A stretch of 63,818 nt of DNA, filler included, from Kipferlia bialata (taxonomy: Eukaryota): the NCBI GenBank assembly GCA_003568945.1. It is 4 parts of 4 records of this genome, joined end to end, with 100 filler letters (N's around TTAATTAATTAA, not from the genome) between each part and the next. Parts side by side here need not be neighbours in the genome. Positions count along the whole stretch, not along the records: positions 1 to 25,862 come from BDIP01000093.1; positions 25,963 to 57,951 come from BDIP01000094.1; 2 more parts are not named here. The stretch is one strand, 5' to 3'. Position 1 is the first letter of the stretch; each line of letters begins with the position of its first letter. Both the position numbers and the translations under genes were made by a program. Positions 15,601-29,200 of this stretch are shown piece after piece. Under the pieces are notes generated by a model, which searched no databases, had not been told where the DNA came from, and was given only the letters and a program-made list of their open reading frames with translations.

Positions 15601-18600
15601 CAATGCATATACCATGGGGTCGTGTGCTGTTTCTCATCTGATCCCCCCGACCTCATTCTATTTTCATTCAATCTCATGACATTCTCTTATCACTCTTCTG
15701 TGGCTCTAAGGCTGACCCCAGACCTGTGTGTGCTGCCCTTCCATGTTAGTGAAGTGTCAGCCACATGTATTATAGAGAACGACCAGGGGGATACAGTTGG
15801 CGCCTCAGCCACATATAGCTCCCTGGCCCCTTACGGCACACAGACTGCTGTGATACCCACTGCCAGTGTCAGTTCCCTGTATGGATCCACCTCTGCCCTC
15901 CATCTGCCCTACCTGGCTGTGGCTGACGAGGGAGAGGGGGCAGACGCAGGGGTGGTGTATGTGTATGTGCTGAGTGGGGGGACATGGACTGAGGCTACTA
16001 CGCTGACAGGGACAGCCCAGGTGGGTGCCTATTGTTGTCTACTATATATATACTGTATACGTCAATTTCCCTTACCCCAAGGGCTTCGGGGCCAGTCTCG
16101 CCTACTCTGAAGTGGAGGGTACCCTGCACCTATTCGTTGGGTCTCCCAGTGACTACCTGGGTGAGGGGGCAGTCCACGTGTACACAGAGGAAGGGGGTGC
16201 CTTTGTGCACTCTGATACCTTGCTCTGCGAGGGATCGAGGTGTGAATGCGGAGTATCACTGGCTCTATTTACTATACATATTACCCTTCTGCCTCACCGC
16301 AGTCCCAACACCCCCACCACTGGTTGGGGCAGTGTGCTGTCTGCACATGACGGCACACTCTATGTCTCATCCTCCACCCAGGTATGGTATGATACGCTAT
16401 GGTGTGTCAGTGTAGAGTAGCCACTCTGGTCTACTCTTTGGGACACCTGTCCGGTGTCACCCTGTGTGTGTATCTTCATCTGTGTCTGTTGTAGCTGACG
16501 TCAGTGTCAGGACCTGTTGGTGTATGAGCATGTCAACGGGTGGACTCAGACCAGGGTGGTTGCCAACCCCAGTGCCCACCCCCTCTCAGCCCTATCGGCA
16601 GGTGGGCTACAATGTGTTATGCGCATGGATGTGTGGTAGGGTACTGCAGTCACATATTTGCACTCTATATACGTATAAGATCTCCCCAGCCCTTCACTCC
16701 CAGGTCCATATAGGGAGTCAGGGGATACTGAGGATAACCTCGGTGTGCTGATTGGGATAAAGGCATCAGGTGGGACGCAGTGGTGTATTCATAGACCCCC
16801 CCTCCCCTCTCACGATACAGGTGGTGTGCACTGGTACGACTATGCCACAGACACTGCATCAGAGGTCACAGCATCTGGATACACAGGCGTAGGGGCACAG
16901 GTGGGGTTTTAGGAAGAGTGTGTGATCTGGATTATTCTGTCTTCCTCCCCTCTCTCATCCTAGGGCCTGTGCCATGGCTCCACCTCCCAATACCTAGACT
17001 ATGCGGCATGCATGGACTCAGGGGCCACCCTCCTGACAGATAAGGGGGGGACACAGACACAGACGTCAGAGGATATCCAGGTGCGGCAGTCTCTTTGAGT
17101 CACTCTCTCGATCTTTGGTACTGTCACTATTGATTGGAAGTCTCTGTATCCTCTCCCTTCTTGTGACCTCCAGGCCCACCGCGTAGCCAGTGACGGTGTG
17201 GCCCTGGCCCTGTCCATGGTGTCTGGGGACAGTGGCAGTGATGCATCGGTGGTACAGGTGGGGCTGGGATGCAGGGTGCATCACTGTTAGTATTGGGTGT
17301 ATACTGTGTATATAGTTTGGTGGGATTGACTCCCACCACTCAAGCTTGCTACTTACTTCAGGTCTGGGCCCTAAGTGCCAGTGGCGTACCTTCCTTCCTC
17401 ATTGAGAAGGAGAACCCAAGCGCAGGTATGTACTCTAGTATCAGTATATAGCATATATACAAGACCTCTGAAACCTGTTTCAAGACCTGTTTCCCCACTC
17501 CCTTCTCACCCAGCCGACTATCTCTTTGGGCACTCCTTGGCGATGGAGGCAGGGTATCTGGCCGTGGGAGCACCAAACAGAGTGGCAACGGCCCCAGGTA
17601 GAGAGACTAAGTATTAGTATTCCCTTCATGCGCGTGGAGTCTATTCACCCTCTCCCACCCCAGGCACCCTATACATGTACAGTCCGGGTCCTGCTCTGCC
17701 AGCATCAGTGTCGCTATCCCCCACGTCACACCCTGCCACTCTTTCCCCCATGGAGATAGTACTCACACTGGTACGGGGTTGTTTCTGTATATAGACATGG
17801 TTGCCCATCACTGGATGGTTCTGTCAAAATGTGCATTTGGCTTTCCAAACTGGCGTTGATACCAAGACCTCTCCCCTGACACCTAGGACACACTGGTGGC
17901 CAGGCGTGACCTAGTAAGACACATGACCATCAACGGAGAGACATATGGCCTCAGGTGAGGGGCGTGGTTGGGATATGACCTATCTTTACAATACAATGGT
18001 TTCTCTCTATTTCACACTCACTATTTGGCCACTCGGACCTCAGAGAACCCCCCTTTCTCTCCCTTGTACCCCCTCCCCCTCTGACTCTATATCATATATC
18101 ATATATCATATATAATATATATCATATATCATATATCTATACTCTGACTGGCAGGGCTGATAGGGACGGCGTCACATACCGGGCCACCTATGTGACCCCT
18201 GCCGTCCCTGGGTCTGTTCAGCCATCCCTGGTGCTGCTGGATGGCACAGTGCTGACACCTACCTCTGGCATGACAGTCACGGGTGGGTGCATGTGGCATA
18301 GCGTCTGCGGGATACATATGTATTTGTGTGTATATGGTTGATGATTACACCATGATAGGGGTATGTCTGAAGGTTGCGGCAGCTAAGTATTCTCTTACAT
18401 TTTCTATCCCACCCCCAGGCGCCTCCCATCAGTCAGATGTGCTTGATGTGGCATATGAGGCATCAGGCACTGGGGTCAATGCAGCAAAGGGACTGGTCTT
18501 TGAGGGTGAGGGTCTATGGGTTATATCTGCATTTAGAGACAACACTTACATATCCATGTTCACCCCCAGGCCCGTATGTGTTCCACGTCCAAGGTGATCC

Positions 18601-21600
18601 TTCGTCGAGCATTGCCAGAATCAACGGATACAAGTGGACAGGTTGGTGTACATGAATGTGCATTCACACTGTATTCCGTATGAATATGGAGGTGTATGTG
18701 TATCATCATTGCTCACTCTCTACTCCCTCTACCCCCTCTACCCCCCCCTCTCTTGATGCCAGGGACAGAGTACATCCAGAAGATCACGTCCTGGTACCCA
18801 TCAGACCAGGTAGGGCAGAAAGACCCCAGTATACATTCTGTATCTATATGTATCTCTCTCTAAATGTAGAGGATATATATATGTATATGTAGAGGATATA
18901 TATATATATGTATATGTATTGAGGCCTCTCACCCCAGGGCCTCGACACCACCTCTGTATTTGCCCAGTCCCTGGCCGTGTGTGGGACCACCCTCTTCATA
19001 GGGTGCCCGGGCACAGACGCAGGGGAAGGTGCGGCTGGAAGCGGGGGGGGGGTTGATTATGTATATTGACACGTATCTTTTGATACATTAGACACTGAAG
19101 AGTGTGATATGTAGGATATATATATATATATGTATATACACATACATACACGTATATATCCATATTAATGTTCGTTAAATCGGGCATGGCTATCAATGAT
19201 TAATTGCAGTTTCATCGCGTAGTAATATTGTCCCCCTTCCCATTTACTGACACATAGGAAGTGTACTTTTGTACTCCATTGAGGCTGACTTTTCTCTGAC
19301 CTATGAGGAGAAGATGGGAGAGGTATGCAGCAATTGGCATATTGTTGAGCATGTCATATTTAATGGATTAACATCCCAACGCCTGTAAGTGCATCCTCAT
19401 ACCCCATCCATGTCCACCTGCCTTATACCCCAGACTGGCAGTGCTGGGTATGGCACATATCTGGCCTGTGACGGAGACATGCTGACAGTCATCTCTGACA
19501 CCGACCTCTACCTGTACTCACGACACGCAGTGGGTGGGGCCTGGGTGTACATGTATATAATCATATTATTGGCTATTATGGTGCAAGTACCTTTTGTGTT
19601 CGCCGCAACGCCCTTGTCCCCTCACCATACCCTATGCCCTGTGCCTCCCTCACCTCCAGGCCCCACCGTGCTTGAGTACACCATGTCCCTGTCTACCCCT
19701 GCCTCAGGAGTGTCCATGGCATGGCCCTACATAGGTATAGCTGTGATAGAGTGTGTGTATCCATCTCTTATAACACCCTGGAGTGGAGTCCAGTCTTTGT
19801 TCTTGAGCATTGGCTGATTCCCTCCCATGTGTCCTCACCCCAGCCCATGGTGTACCGACTGCCACTCTGTACGGCATGTCCCAATGCGGGTATGTCAGGG
19901 TCATGAGGTGGGTCGCTCATGAGAGATACACACATATGTATACGTATATATCTATCATGCAATATATATAGAGAGAGAGGAAGAGAGTGTGTGAGAGATA
20001 GACTGTGCAACGCCAGTGCTCTGCCATCTCTATGGGTGTCCCTTCTCACCCTCATACTGACCCCCAGATACAGCTCTACCATAGGTGGCGAGATGGTTAT
20101 GAAGAGCGTTGGTCTGACAGCCCCTACGCCTGAGGCAGGGTCCCGTTTCGGTGCTACAGTTGAGGTATGCAGTTATGATAGTGACGAAACTTGTGGATGC
20201 GAGTTCATGTAGTTCATGTAGTATTCCCCTTCACTATTATACACCCCTACCATCACTAATGTCACAGATTACTGGGACCAGGCTCTATGTGTCCACCATT
20301 ACGGATACCATACACGTGTACAGTGATCTGGCCAATGTGCTGGATGGGACAGACCCTGCGTGGCAGAGGTGGGTGGCACACATATATATATATATGTATA
20401 TATGGGCCAAGTGCAGTACACCTCATATCTGCCTAGATATGGTTACCCACAGGTTTAATATATATGCTAACTACCCCTCACTCCTAGCTCCTTCACTGAC
20501 CTCGTCTCTGTGTTCTCTCCCATGGAGAGTGGCCTAGGGACCGGTATGGCCGCTAGTGGGGGAAGGTGCTTCTCACATGTGTATATATACTATGTGTATC
20601 TTGCTGTGACCGCTTGTGGGTAGCCTATTCTCTCACCCTAGGCTATTCACGTCCTCCCCCACATCCCCTGTATACAGCGTCATGGGTGCAGACTACACCC
20701 TCGGCACGGGGCTTCTGCTGGACTCTGATATGGACATAGTACAGAGGGTGGTTGGTAAGGTGGGTGTGCGGGGTATGTACAACTGACAGGGTTGGTGGAT
20801 ACCGTGTTCTGTATTATACCCATACCCATGTATTAATATATATCATATGTGACTATCGATTCACTCCCAGCACGTCGAGATCTCTGTTGTGGCTCTGAAC
20901 CATGGCCTGGCGGCATCAATGGGTGGGTGGACTTGCTGACCTATCTATGCCCATGTCTTGTAACTCCCCCCCCCCCCACACACACCTTACCCAGGCCTGG
21001 GATCAGGATCCAGTTTGCAGCTCTATGCTCCTCCTGTCGCTGTAGACGCGGTCGAGTTATCCCCAATGGATGTGTATAGTGTACGTATACATATACACAG
21101 TCTGTATTGGTTGCATAGTCCCTGTCTCCCCCCCAGGTCATGACACCGGTCACATTCACTGTGGTCACGAAGGGTACAGACACGGCGCAGTTCGGGAGGT
21201 GGGGTCCTTTGGGGGTTCATACAACCCCTGTTAGTGCAACACTCATAGCGTACTCTCATGTGTATTGGATATATACATATACATGTACATGTGTCTAACC
21301 CCAGTGCCCATTCGTCAGTGTACATCACCCTGGAGGGTGTTGTATATACTGCACAGTATGATGCAGACAACACCAACTACACAGCCACCGTGCCGTTCCC
21401 GTGTGTCACGGCGTCATCGGTATGTGCACATGGATCAGTCGATATCAGTCTGCATGCACATCATACTGCGTTGTGACTATATATGGATATTTGCTAGTGA
21501 CTTGGCTAGTGTCATCGTTGTAGAGTCCTTGCCTCACCACAGGTCACTGTCACCGTGGCTGTCAATGGAGTGACACACGACATCAGTGTAGGGGTGCACA

Positions 21601-24600
21601 ACTCCTCAGGTGAGGGCGGTATGGGACACGTGTATCTTGTCTTCTCCTCCAGCCCCCTCCTCACCCCAGGCACCACGTACCAGGAGGGTCTCTACCCCTC
21701 TGCCGTGTATGGGCCCTCGGATAGTGGCCTCACCTTGGAGACGGGTGGGGTCAGTGTGGGAGGTACAGTGATATCTATTGGGGTGGAGGCGTGGGTCATC
21801 AGTATCATCAGTAGTCCACCTCATGTATCTCAAACGCCAGGCACGCTGTCAGTCGTGAGTGACGGCTCAAATGTCCAAGTATTCAGGTACAAACTGGTCT
21901 CTTAGTAATGATAGCTATATGCATATGACCCTCGATGTCTCAGTATATATATGTGTGAGTGTGGGTCTGTCACCAATGTATGGGTCATTCCTCTCTCTCC
22001 CCATGTGTCTCCTACCCCCTCTTACACCAGCCATGACGGCTCCACCTATGCCCATGAGACAGTGGTCACCCCCGTTGGAGGTAGGGTATCAGGGTGCATA
22101 CCAAGGATCCCAAGTGTCGCTCTCCATACTGATCCATATGACCTCTACCACCCTCCCACCATCAGATCATTCCTATGAGGCAGCCGGAGTCCTCACCTCC
22201 TCCACAGTCTATGGCATAGACTCCACATGCGACACCGACCGTGGATGTGTCGGTATGGGTCACATACTACCACAAACTGTCACATACCTATGAGTCATCA
22301 GTATTGATGAATACCATGTTACTGACCAGTTACAGCTTCCATACCTATATATATATGTATATATCTAGGTATCTCTCTCTATACATCTATATCTGCCCCC
22401 CCCCACCCCCAGCCATGCACCGTGACACAGATGGGTCAGGCACCTGGGTCCGGACTGCCTTACTCAACCCCGAGGTGGATAACATCGAGACGGGGAGGGC
22501 ATTCCACAGCGGGAGGGGAGACCTGCTGAGTGTGTCCATGGCTGAGTATGCGTCCAGTACCATGCAGCAATGGTACAGACTGGATGGGGTGTGGGTGTTG
22601 GCAGGTGGGGGAATGTGGGTACAATTTATAAAATATATATACACATATGCCTCATACACTGCGTATATTCCCTACTCCCTCCCCCCTCCCCCTCACCCTA
22701 GGCCTTGGTGACTATGATGCCATGGTGATAGACGGGGACCTGGCAGCCGTGTCAAAGAAGTGAGTCATGTGCCATGTGGTGACTATATGTGTATATGTCA
22801 ATTAGTGATCATCCATCCGTTTCTGCTCCTCTCATCCCCTTCACCCCTCTCCTCTCCCCTCACCGCAGTGGCCAGGTGGGCATGCTCCGATGGACAGGCC
22901 ATGCATGGGCAGAGGAGGTGGCACTGGCAGGGGGTGAGTGCACGGGAGTAGCGTCAATTACCCACAAATGGATACACAACCATATACACACCCACTCTGA
23001 CCCCAGGTGTCTACGTAGGCTGTAAGTTCGTGGACTCTGAGGTTTCCGACCACCGCTACGTCTATCTATGCCTGGCCTCTGAGACATGTGAGTGTATATG
23101 TGTGTGTGTATATGTGTTGCTATGAATATGTGTAGTGATGGTATGTAAAACAGTATGCAGTACACTCTGTATACACTCTATATATATATGACACTATGTG
23201 CCCCCATACCCTTTCCATCCTGTACCCCTCACCCCCAGCACTCTCAGCAGACAGAGCCTATGTATACACCTACAACCCAGACACCAAGGTCCTGCTGGTC
23301 ACTGAGGGTAAGCGGAGACAGTGCAACCAGTACTGTACTTGAATATATATAGTTTTGATCCAGCAATTGAGTGCACCAGTATCCAGAGTTATGAATGTGA
23401 TAGCTCCCAGTCTAGACGATGGAGATATATATAGAATATGTATAACTAACGTGAGTACAAGTCCTAGTTTCTGACTGCCAGGAGCTTTTGCCGCTTACTT
23501 CTCCTCCTCCGGCCTATCCAGCGGATCTGTTCCCTCAGCTGCTGTATACACCAGGTGGGTCACTCTATGCATTGCCATCCCGGTCTAATCTTTATGTATA
23601 TATCTATATATATATATATATATATTAGAGAGACCCTCACCGTCAGGTCCAGTACCATGGTCAGTGCCGATCAGACAGCCACTAGGTACGGCAGAGAAGT
23701 GTGCTTGGTACTATGGTCTGGGGACACACATGTATCTATATGTGGGTAACAAGGTGTGCCCCCCTCCCCTTTTTTCTCTTATGGTCAGGTATGGCACTGC
23801 CTCGGGTACCCTCTACACCTCTGAGCTTGGCACCGGTAGCCCTGTCTCTGCCTTGAGCAGGGCACACCTGTGCAACACCCCCATGCAGATGGCAGGGGCC
23901 GTCACAGGGGGTACGCGTCAATACTTGCCATCGTTGATATCCCACTCACGTATATATCCTGCATCACCCCTCACCCCTCACCCCTCACTCTAGGATCTCT
24001 AGGTGTCCATGCCACCCATGTAGGCTCTGGACTAGGGGGAACATACACCACACTGTACGTGGCGGTCTGAATCGTGCTTCTCAAACAATCTCATGAGAAA
24101 TGTATCTACTATTTTGTCCATTATAACATACTAGTGTATATATCTGACTCTGAGTTGTCCCAATGTTAGGTATGGCCCCAGGATGGTACCTGTCTCTGCC
24201 ACCCTTACCCTGCACACTGTGTCTGGTACCCTTCTGTCCACTGTGGGTAGGGGGCAGAGGATACAGGTACACATGGATGTTGACTCATTGACTGTATATA
24301 CTCAGAGTGATGGTGCAGTATCATATGACACCTAGTAGTACACGTATGGCCTTACCCCCAGGTCACCCTGTCCTCCTTGGTCTCTGCCTCGGGCGTAGTA
24401 GTGGTGTCCCCATACACCCTCTACCTAGTGGACACTGAGGGGGACATGGTCGGGGACTTCTACTGGGATGGGGCATCAGGTGGGGTATACTCGCTGGCAT
24501 CAGTGTTAGGGCAACTATGTGATATACCCTGTCAGCATATGGCCTTGGTCGTCATTAACCCCCAGGCTCCTATACCACCACTATGTATGCACCTTGTCTG

Positions 24601-25290
24601 GCCAGTAGCACATACAGCTATACAGTGCTGGCCCGTGACTGTGACACTCTCTCCATGGCTGTGAGTGTCACAACCGGAAGTGATATCGTATATGCACCGG
24701 GTCAGTCGGAGATAGGTGAGGGTATTCATGAGGAATTGAATATTGATATTGCTGGGACATGTACTCAGTGTCGATGTTGATATGATACTCATCAGGTCAG
24801 CGGAGTTCTTTTGAGTCCGAGTGTGATGATAATTACACCTACCCCTACTTACCACAGTCCATGGTCCTGTCTCCTCGGGTGTTAGTCAGACACACACCGT
24901 CACCCTACACGACGTGTGTGGGGACACAGACGTGCATGCCACAGCAACTGTGCAGGTATAGTTGTGTCAGTGGGTTGGTAGGCTCGTCTGTGACCTCTCT
25001 GACCACCAGATACGATGGGATACCACGATCTCCGACCTCTCTTGGGATGGTGTGTCTCAGCTGTACACGGGGCAGTGTCTACCGGGTACCGATGCCACAG
25101 CCAACGCCTTGGAGGTAGGAGGACATCAGTGTGAATATGCATATATGATGTAGATTGGAGTCTAGCAAAGCCCTGTTGTGCCCCCCTCCCCTGACTTTAG
25201 GTGATAGTGGATGGGTATGTGGTGCAGAGGGTGTCATATGTGCAGACAGGGGGTGGCTGGGTTCAGTTGGATGAGATCATGTATCGGTAG
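87..25290 (+). CDS. Giant multi-exon FG-GAP (integrin-alpha-like beta-propeller) repeat protein with interspersed Ig-like beta-sandwich segments; 5'-truncated
   Basis: Hand-splicing at GT..(CTCACCCC)AG gives recurrent FG-GAP blades: KLSSTDASVSSLFGYSVAIY|GDWAAVGGPESNSAGSGSGMVAIYHR (87-147, 331-); THFGCSLAAVGDTLIVG (~4910); DRYGTCVGVTDGGFVCVGAPSH and EYFGTGVAV (5521-6204 ORF); QFGYSLSMMDFVLVVGAPYD (~8250); YVGAPTYTQTAGAEAGAVYVFRR (~9270); FGASLAYSE..LFVGSPSDYLGEGAVHVY (~16085); YLFGHSLAMEAGYLAVGAPN (~17520). Last exon 25201-25290 reads VIVDGYVVQRVSYVQTGGGWVQLDEIMYR*. I traced frame continuity over many but not all junctions, so more than one gene is possible. Confidence 0.75.
11496..11610. repeat. 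Intronic (ATATAG)n/(ATATGG)n hexamer microsatellite
   Basis: Directly visible. Similar (GTATAT)n at ~6797-6850 and many (TA)n/(CT)n/(GT)n tracts lie in other introns. Confidence 0.9.
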
Positions 25291-25700
25291 GGGATATGGG
25301 TATGATATGGGTATGATATGGTAAGGGTCCCCATCGGACCTGCCGTTGAGTTGACAACTGGACATGGAAGTACTCTGGAGTATGTACAATAGATTGAGAC
25401 CGTTAATTGTCTATTGCTGGTCGTTATTCTACAATACAATACAACTCTAATACTGTAGTATGTATTGGGAGCTAATACTGTAGTATGTATTGGGATGAGA
25501 TGCAAAACCGTGTTCGTATCTAATTCATCCAACCGGTGAACGGTGAATGCAACTCGGTTTGACCGTGTTGCTCCAAATTGGAGCCTGCAATCATCTCTTC
25601 TGCCTAGTGAGCCAGAAGCATAGGGGGGTACAGTGCGAGGTACTGTCGTGCCACCACCTGTACATAACGTCAGAGTCTCCCTCCCCCTGCTGCTGTCTAG

Positions 25701-25800
25701 ATGCTGTCTGGTGTGCTGTGGAAGAATGTCACTGTGCTCAGACATTCCCCCTGCCTCCCGCTGTCCCTGCTGCTCATACCCACCCTGGCCATGACAGCAG
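25701..25800 (+). CDS. Possible first exon of a gene cut by the gap; weakly like an ABCA-transporter N-terminus
   Basis: MLSGVLWKNVTVLRHSPCLPLSLLLIPTLAMTA followed by a GT donor and a poly-G contig end. LWKN-x5-SP plus a hydrophobic helix recalls ABCA N-termini. Very short evidence. Confidence 0.3.
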
Positions 25801-25862
25801 GTGTGAAGAGATGGATGGTGGGGGGGGGGGGGGGGGGAGGGGTTTCCCCCCCCTTTTTAAAA

Positions 25863-25962
25863 NNNNNNNNNNNNNNNNNNNNNNNNNNNNNNNNNNNNNN
25901 NNNNNNTTAATTAATTAANNNNNNNNNNNNNNNNNNNNNNNNNNNNNNNNNNNNNNNNNNNN
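25863..25962. other. Artificial assembly spacer (N44-TTAATTAATTAA-N44)
   Basis: 100-nt N block with a 12-mer that gives stops in all six frames; identical at three places. Confidence 0.97.
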
Positions 25963-26232
25963 GGCCTGGCCAATGTGGACTGAAATGCACTCACGCATGT
26001 TTTAGACTGAGGTAAGAGGCATAAAGTAATGTAAAAGGATACAAATTCCACGTCTCTCAAGCTTGAACACTTCCACTTACTTGATACAAGTATCTGAGAA
26101 GCAGTAGGCGGCCAACACTCGGGAATTTCGTTCACTTGCAACATTTGTCCAAGTTTTTCTCAAAATCCCATATGAACCATACATTGTATTAAGTGTCAAA
26201 AGGGTGTAGGAGAAGAAGGCGTGACAAATTCC

Positions 26233-29200
26233 ATGTCACTGGTCGTGTATGACGTGTGTGGCCTTCTTCTACCAGCAATGCCAGCTCCCTTAGTCACACG
26301 ACTGTCTCGACTGCTCCAGGAGTATCCTTCTGTTTCAGTCCTATCCCCTCCAGAGAGAGTCAACCTCTACAAGGAGCTCTGTGGAGTAGCAACCCCTCAT
26401 CAGCTTGCGGCCCACTTCTCGTGTTCCAACCCCACTAGGGACACATTAGCCTTTGTTCGAGGATACCATGCCTACGTTGACCACCGTTGTTCCTGCACTG
26501 AGGTAGTTAGGGCCCCTGCGGATGGGACTGAGGCGGCACCGGCAGTGACAAGTGACCTTCTCATCCTTCAGGTATGACAAGCAAGTTGACTATTCATGAA
26601 TCATCGTACACGGTCTCATTATCCACCCACTGATGCCCAGCCCGCAATCCTAGGTGACAGTGAGGAGGGGCAGACAGTTAGGACGGTCGAGACAACAATG
26701 ATTGAGTCGATATCGACCAAGAGCCTCTCGTCAACAGTACATACCCATAGCAACAGCCTGGGAGACAGGGACGTCACAAGCAGGTTCATAGTGACCCAGC
26801 CGGCAGCGGAGCGTATTGCCATCGTAGAATCTCTCCTTGAGGCTGGATCTGTGCCAGTGTTGCTCGAAGGTACTAAAATGATGATCCTACACGGTATTCA
26901 ATAATCATACATGTCAACTCCTTTGGACATCTTGGGTGGTACTGGGCTACATACAACATAGTTAGACATCACAAGAGTGTCTCTCCTTCTCACTATGACT
27001 AACCCAAGGCCCCACTGGCACAGCCAAGACGTCTACTGTGTGTGAGCTCGCCAGAAGGAAGGGGCAGCGGCTGGAGAGGTTCAATCTCTCGGAACACACA
27101 GCCACAGCCAATCTTCTAGGCCGGATTGAAGTGACGGCCAGTGAAGACAGACCCTTCATGTTCAGAGAGGGGGCATTCACAAAGGTATATCACCATCAGA
27201 AATTGTCACAGTATCACTCGATACCAACCAGGCTGTCTCATGCTCACTCCAGGCATATGAGAAGGGCTACTGGCTGCTCCTGGATGAGCTCAACCTCGGC
27301 GGCCAGGGGGTGCTGCAGTGTCTGGAGGCAGTCCTGGACAACGACATCCTCGCCCTCGACACCCTCGGAACAACACGAGAGATCCCAAGGTATGCGGTGA
27401 TGTACATCCCTCCACCCCACACACAGAACTACACTATTGAGACAGTCCCACCCCAGGCACCCAGACTTCCGTCTCATCTGCACCCAGAACCCATCCTCGG
27501 GGTCCTTCAAGGGCATGCGCCACGAGCTGCCCCCTGAGTTCCTGAGCAGGTTCAGGAAGATCATATTCCCTGACCTAGGTATCAGTAATCGACCTTGATA
27601 GACCTGTTTCCTCTCTACACGATACCATCAATCAATACCTCCTGCCGTCTCCCACCCCAGACCATTCCGAGATGACAGCCATCGTGCAGCACATCCTAGA
27701 GGGCGGCCAGTACCCCAAGGCGAGGGGTATGGCATCCACCCTGGCCTCCTTCCACCAAGATGCAAGTAGGCTCACCTGCGATGGCATTATGACGGTACTC
27801 ACACTGAGGGAGATGAAGCTCTGTGCCGAGATCATTGCACAGAACCACCGTGCCAATGTGGGTGAACTTGTGTACACCGTGTACGGGGCCAGGTACAGTG
27901 CCAATCATGAGGGGATAGCCAGAGCCCTGCTCAAGAACGGATTCCGCAAGGGGCGTGGGGCCATCACTGCTACACTGCCAGTGCCTAGTCTGTCTACAGA
28001 GGATAGAGGCCGGGTTCCAGACTACCTATACCTCACAGCTGGCCTCGAGAGGTCCCTCTCTCTGGGGCTACACGCAGCCAGACAGGGAAGACACGTCCTG
28101 TACTTCGGCAAGAGTGGGTCAGGTACAAGTGACCTCATTCACTCCTATACATCCTCGTACTAGTACCATAACCACCTCTCACTGTAAATGCACCCACCCC
28201 AGGTGTGTCTGCCCTCGCCAGACTGACAGCCCGTCTCTTGGCTGGGGACCGAGACCCCTTCTGTCTCATTGTCACCCCGGACACCACCATAGACGACATT
28301 GTGGGGTATGGGGACTAGTTATAGTGATACAGAGTGTCGAATCCCCCCCCCCATCCCACCACCTCACCACAGCCACATGGTGCCTGCCCATACACGACAC
28401 TCCAGGGACGAGGTGACCCAGCCGAGTATGAAGAGCACAGAGCTGCTGAAGTGGGAGTCCGGTCCGGTACTGGCCGCAGCACAACAGGTGGGGGGACAAA
28501 TACCAGTGTCTCTGCTATACGTGCATCATATCCTCTGACCCCAGGGAGTGGGGTGTGTCCTGGACAACATCAACCAGGGGGAGAGCACCACCCTCGAGAG
28601 ACTCAACCCCCTCCTCGAGACCAACATAGTCCTGGACAGAGAGACCCCAGTGTTCGACGCCTCAGAGTTCTCGGCTGAGAGTCAGGAGCTGGGACCGGGG
28701 TTCCGAATCTTCGCCACTGCTACCCTGGATGACAAGTACGTTTCATGGGACTACACGCTTCAGTACATACACTCGTCCGTCACTCTTTGGACTGACCGAC
28801 TCAACCCTCTCACCCAAGGAAGCTCGCCCTCTCTCCTGCGTTCATCAACAGATTCAGTGTGGTGAGAGTGTGCGACCAGATCGACCTCTCCCACAAGGCC
28901 CAAGCCAAGGCCCAGATCGAGGGTATAGCAAGGGCCACCCTGACCCAGGCCCAGGTCCGTGTGACCATCCCCAAGATACCTAAGGCAAGGGAGGAGGCAC
29001 AGGAGGCAGGTCTATCTGGACCCCAGACACAGTCCAACACCCCACCTGCTACGCCAGCCGAGACCCCTGTCCCCCTCCCCCACGCCGTGTGCGCCATCTC
29101 TGTCCAGAGTGACTCCGAGGGCTCAGAGTATGAGCAGGAGGAGCACACAGACTCAGAGGAGTCAGACAACTCGGAGTCCAGCAGCAGCTCAGAGAGTGAG

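Noticed and set aside
23007..23014. Apparent 8-nt micro-exon
   Set aside because: The frame continues as a normal exon (GVYVGCKFVDSEVSDHRYVYLCLASET) to a GTGAGT donor.
25907..25918. TTAATTAATTAA palindrome flanked by Ns (also 57996-58007 and 61499-61510) as a biological element or piggyBac TTAA site
   Set aside because: Identical 100-nt construct with all-frame stops at every gap; it is an assembly linker.
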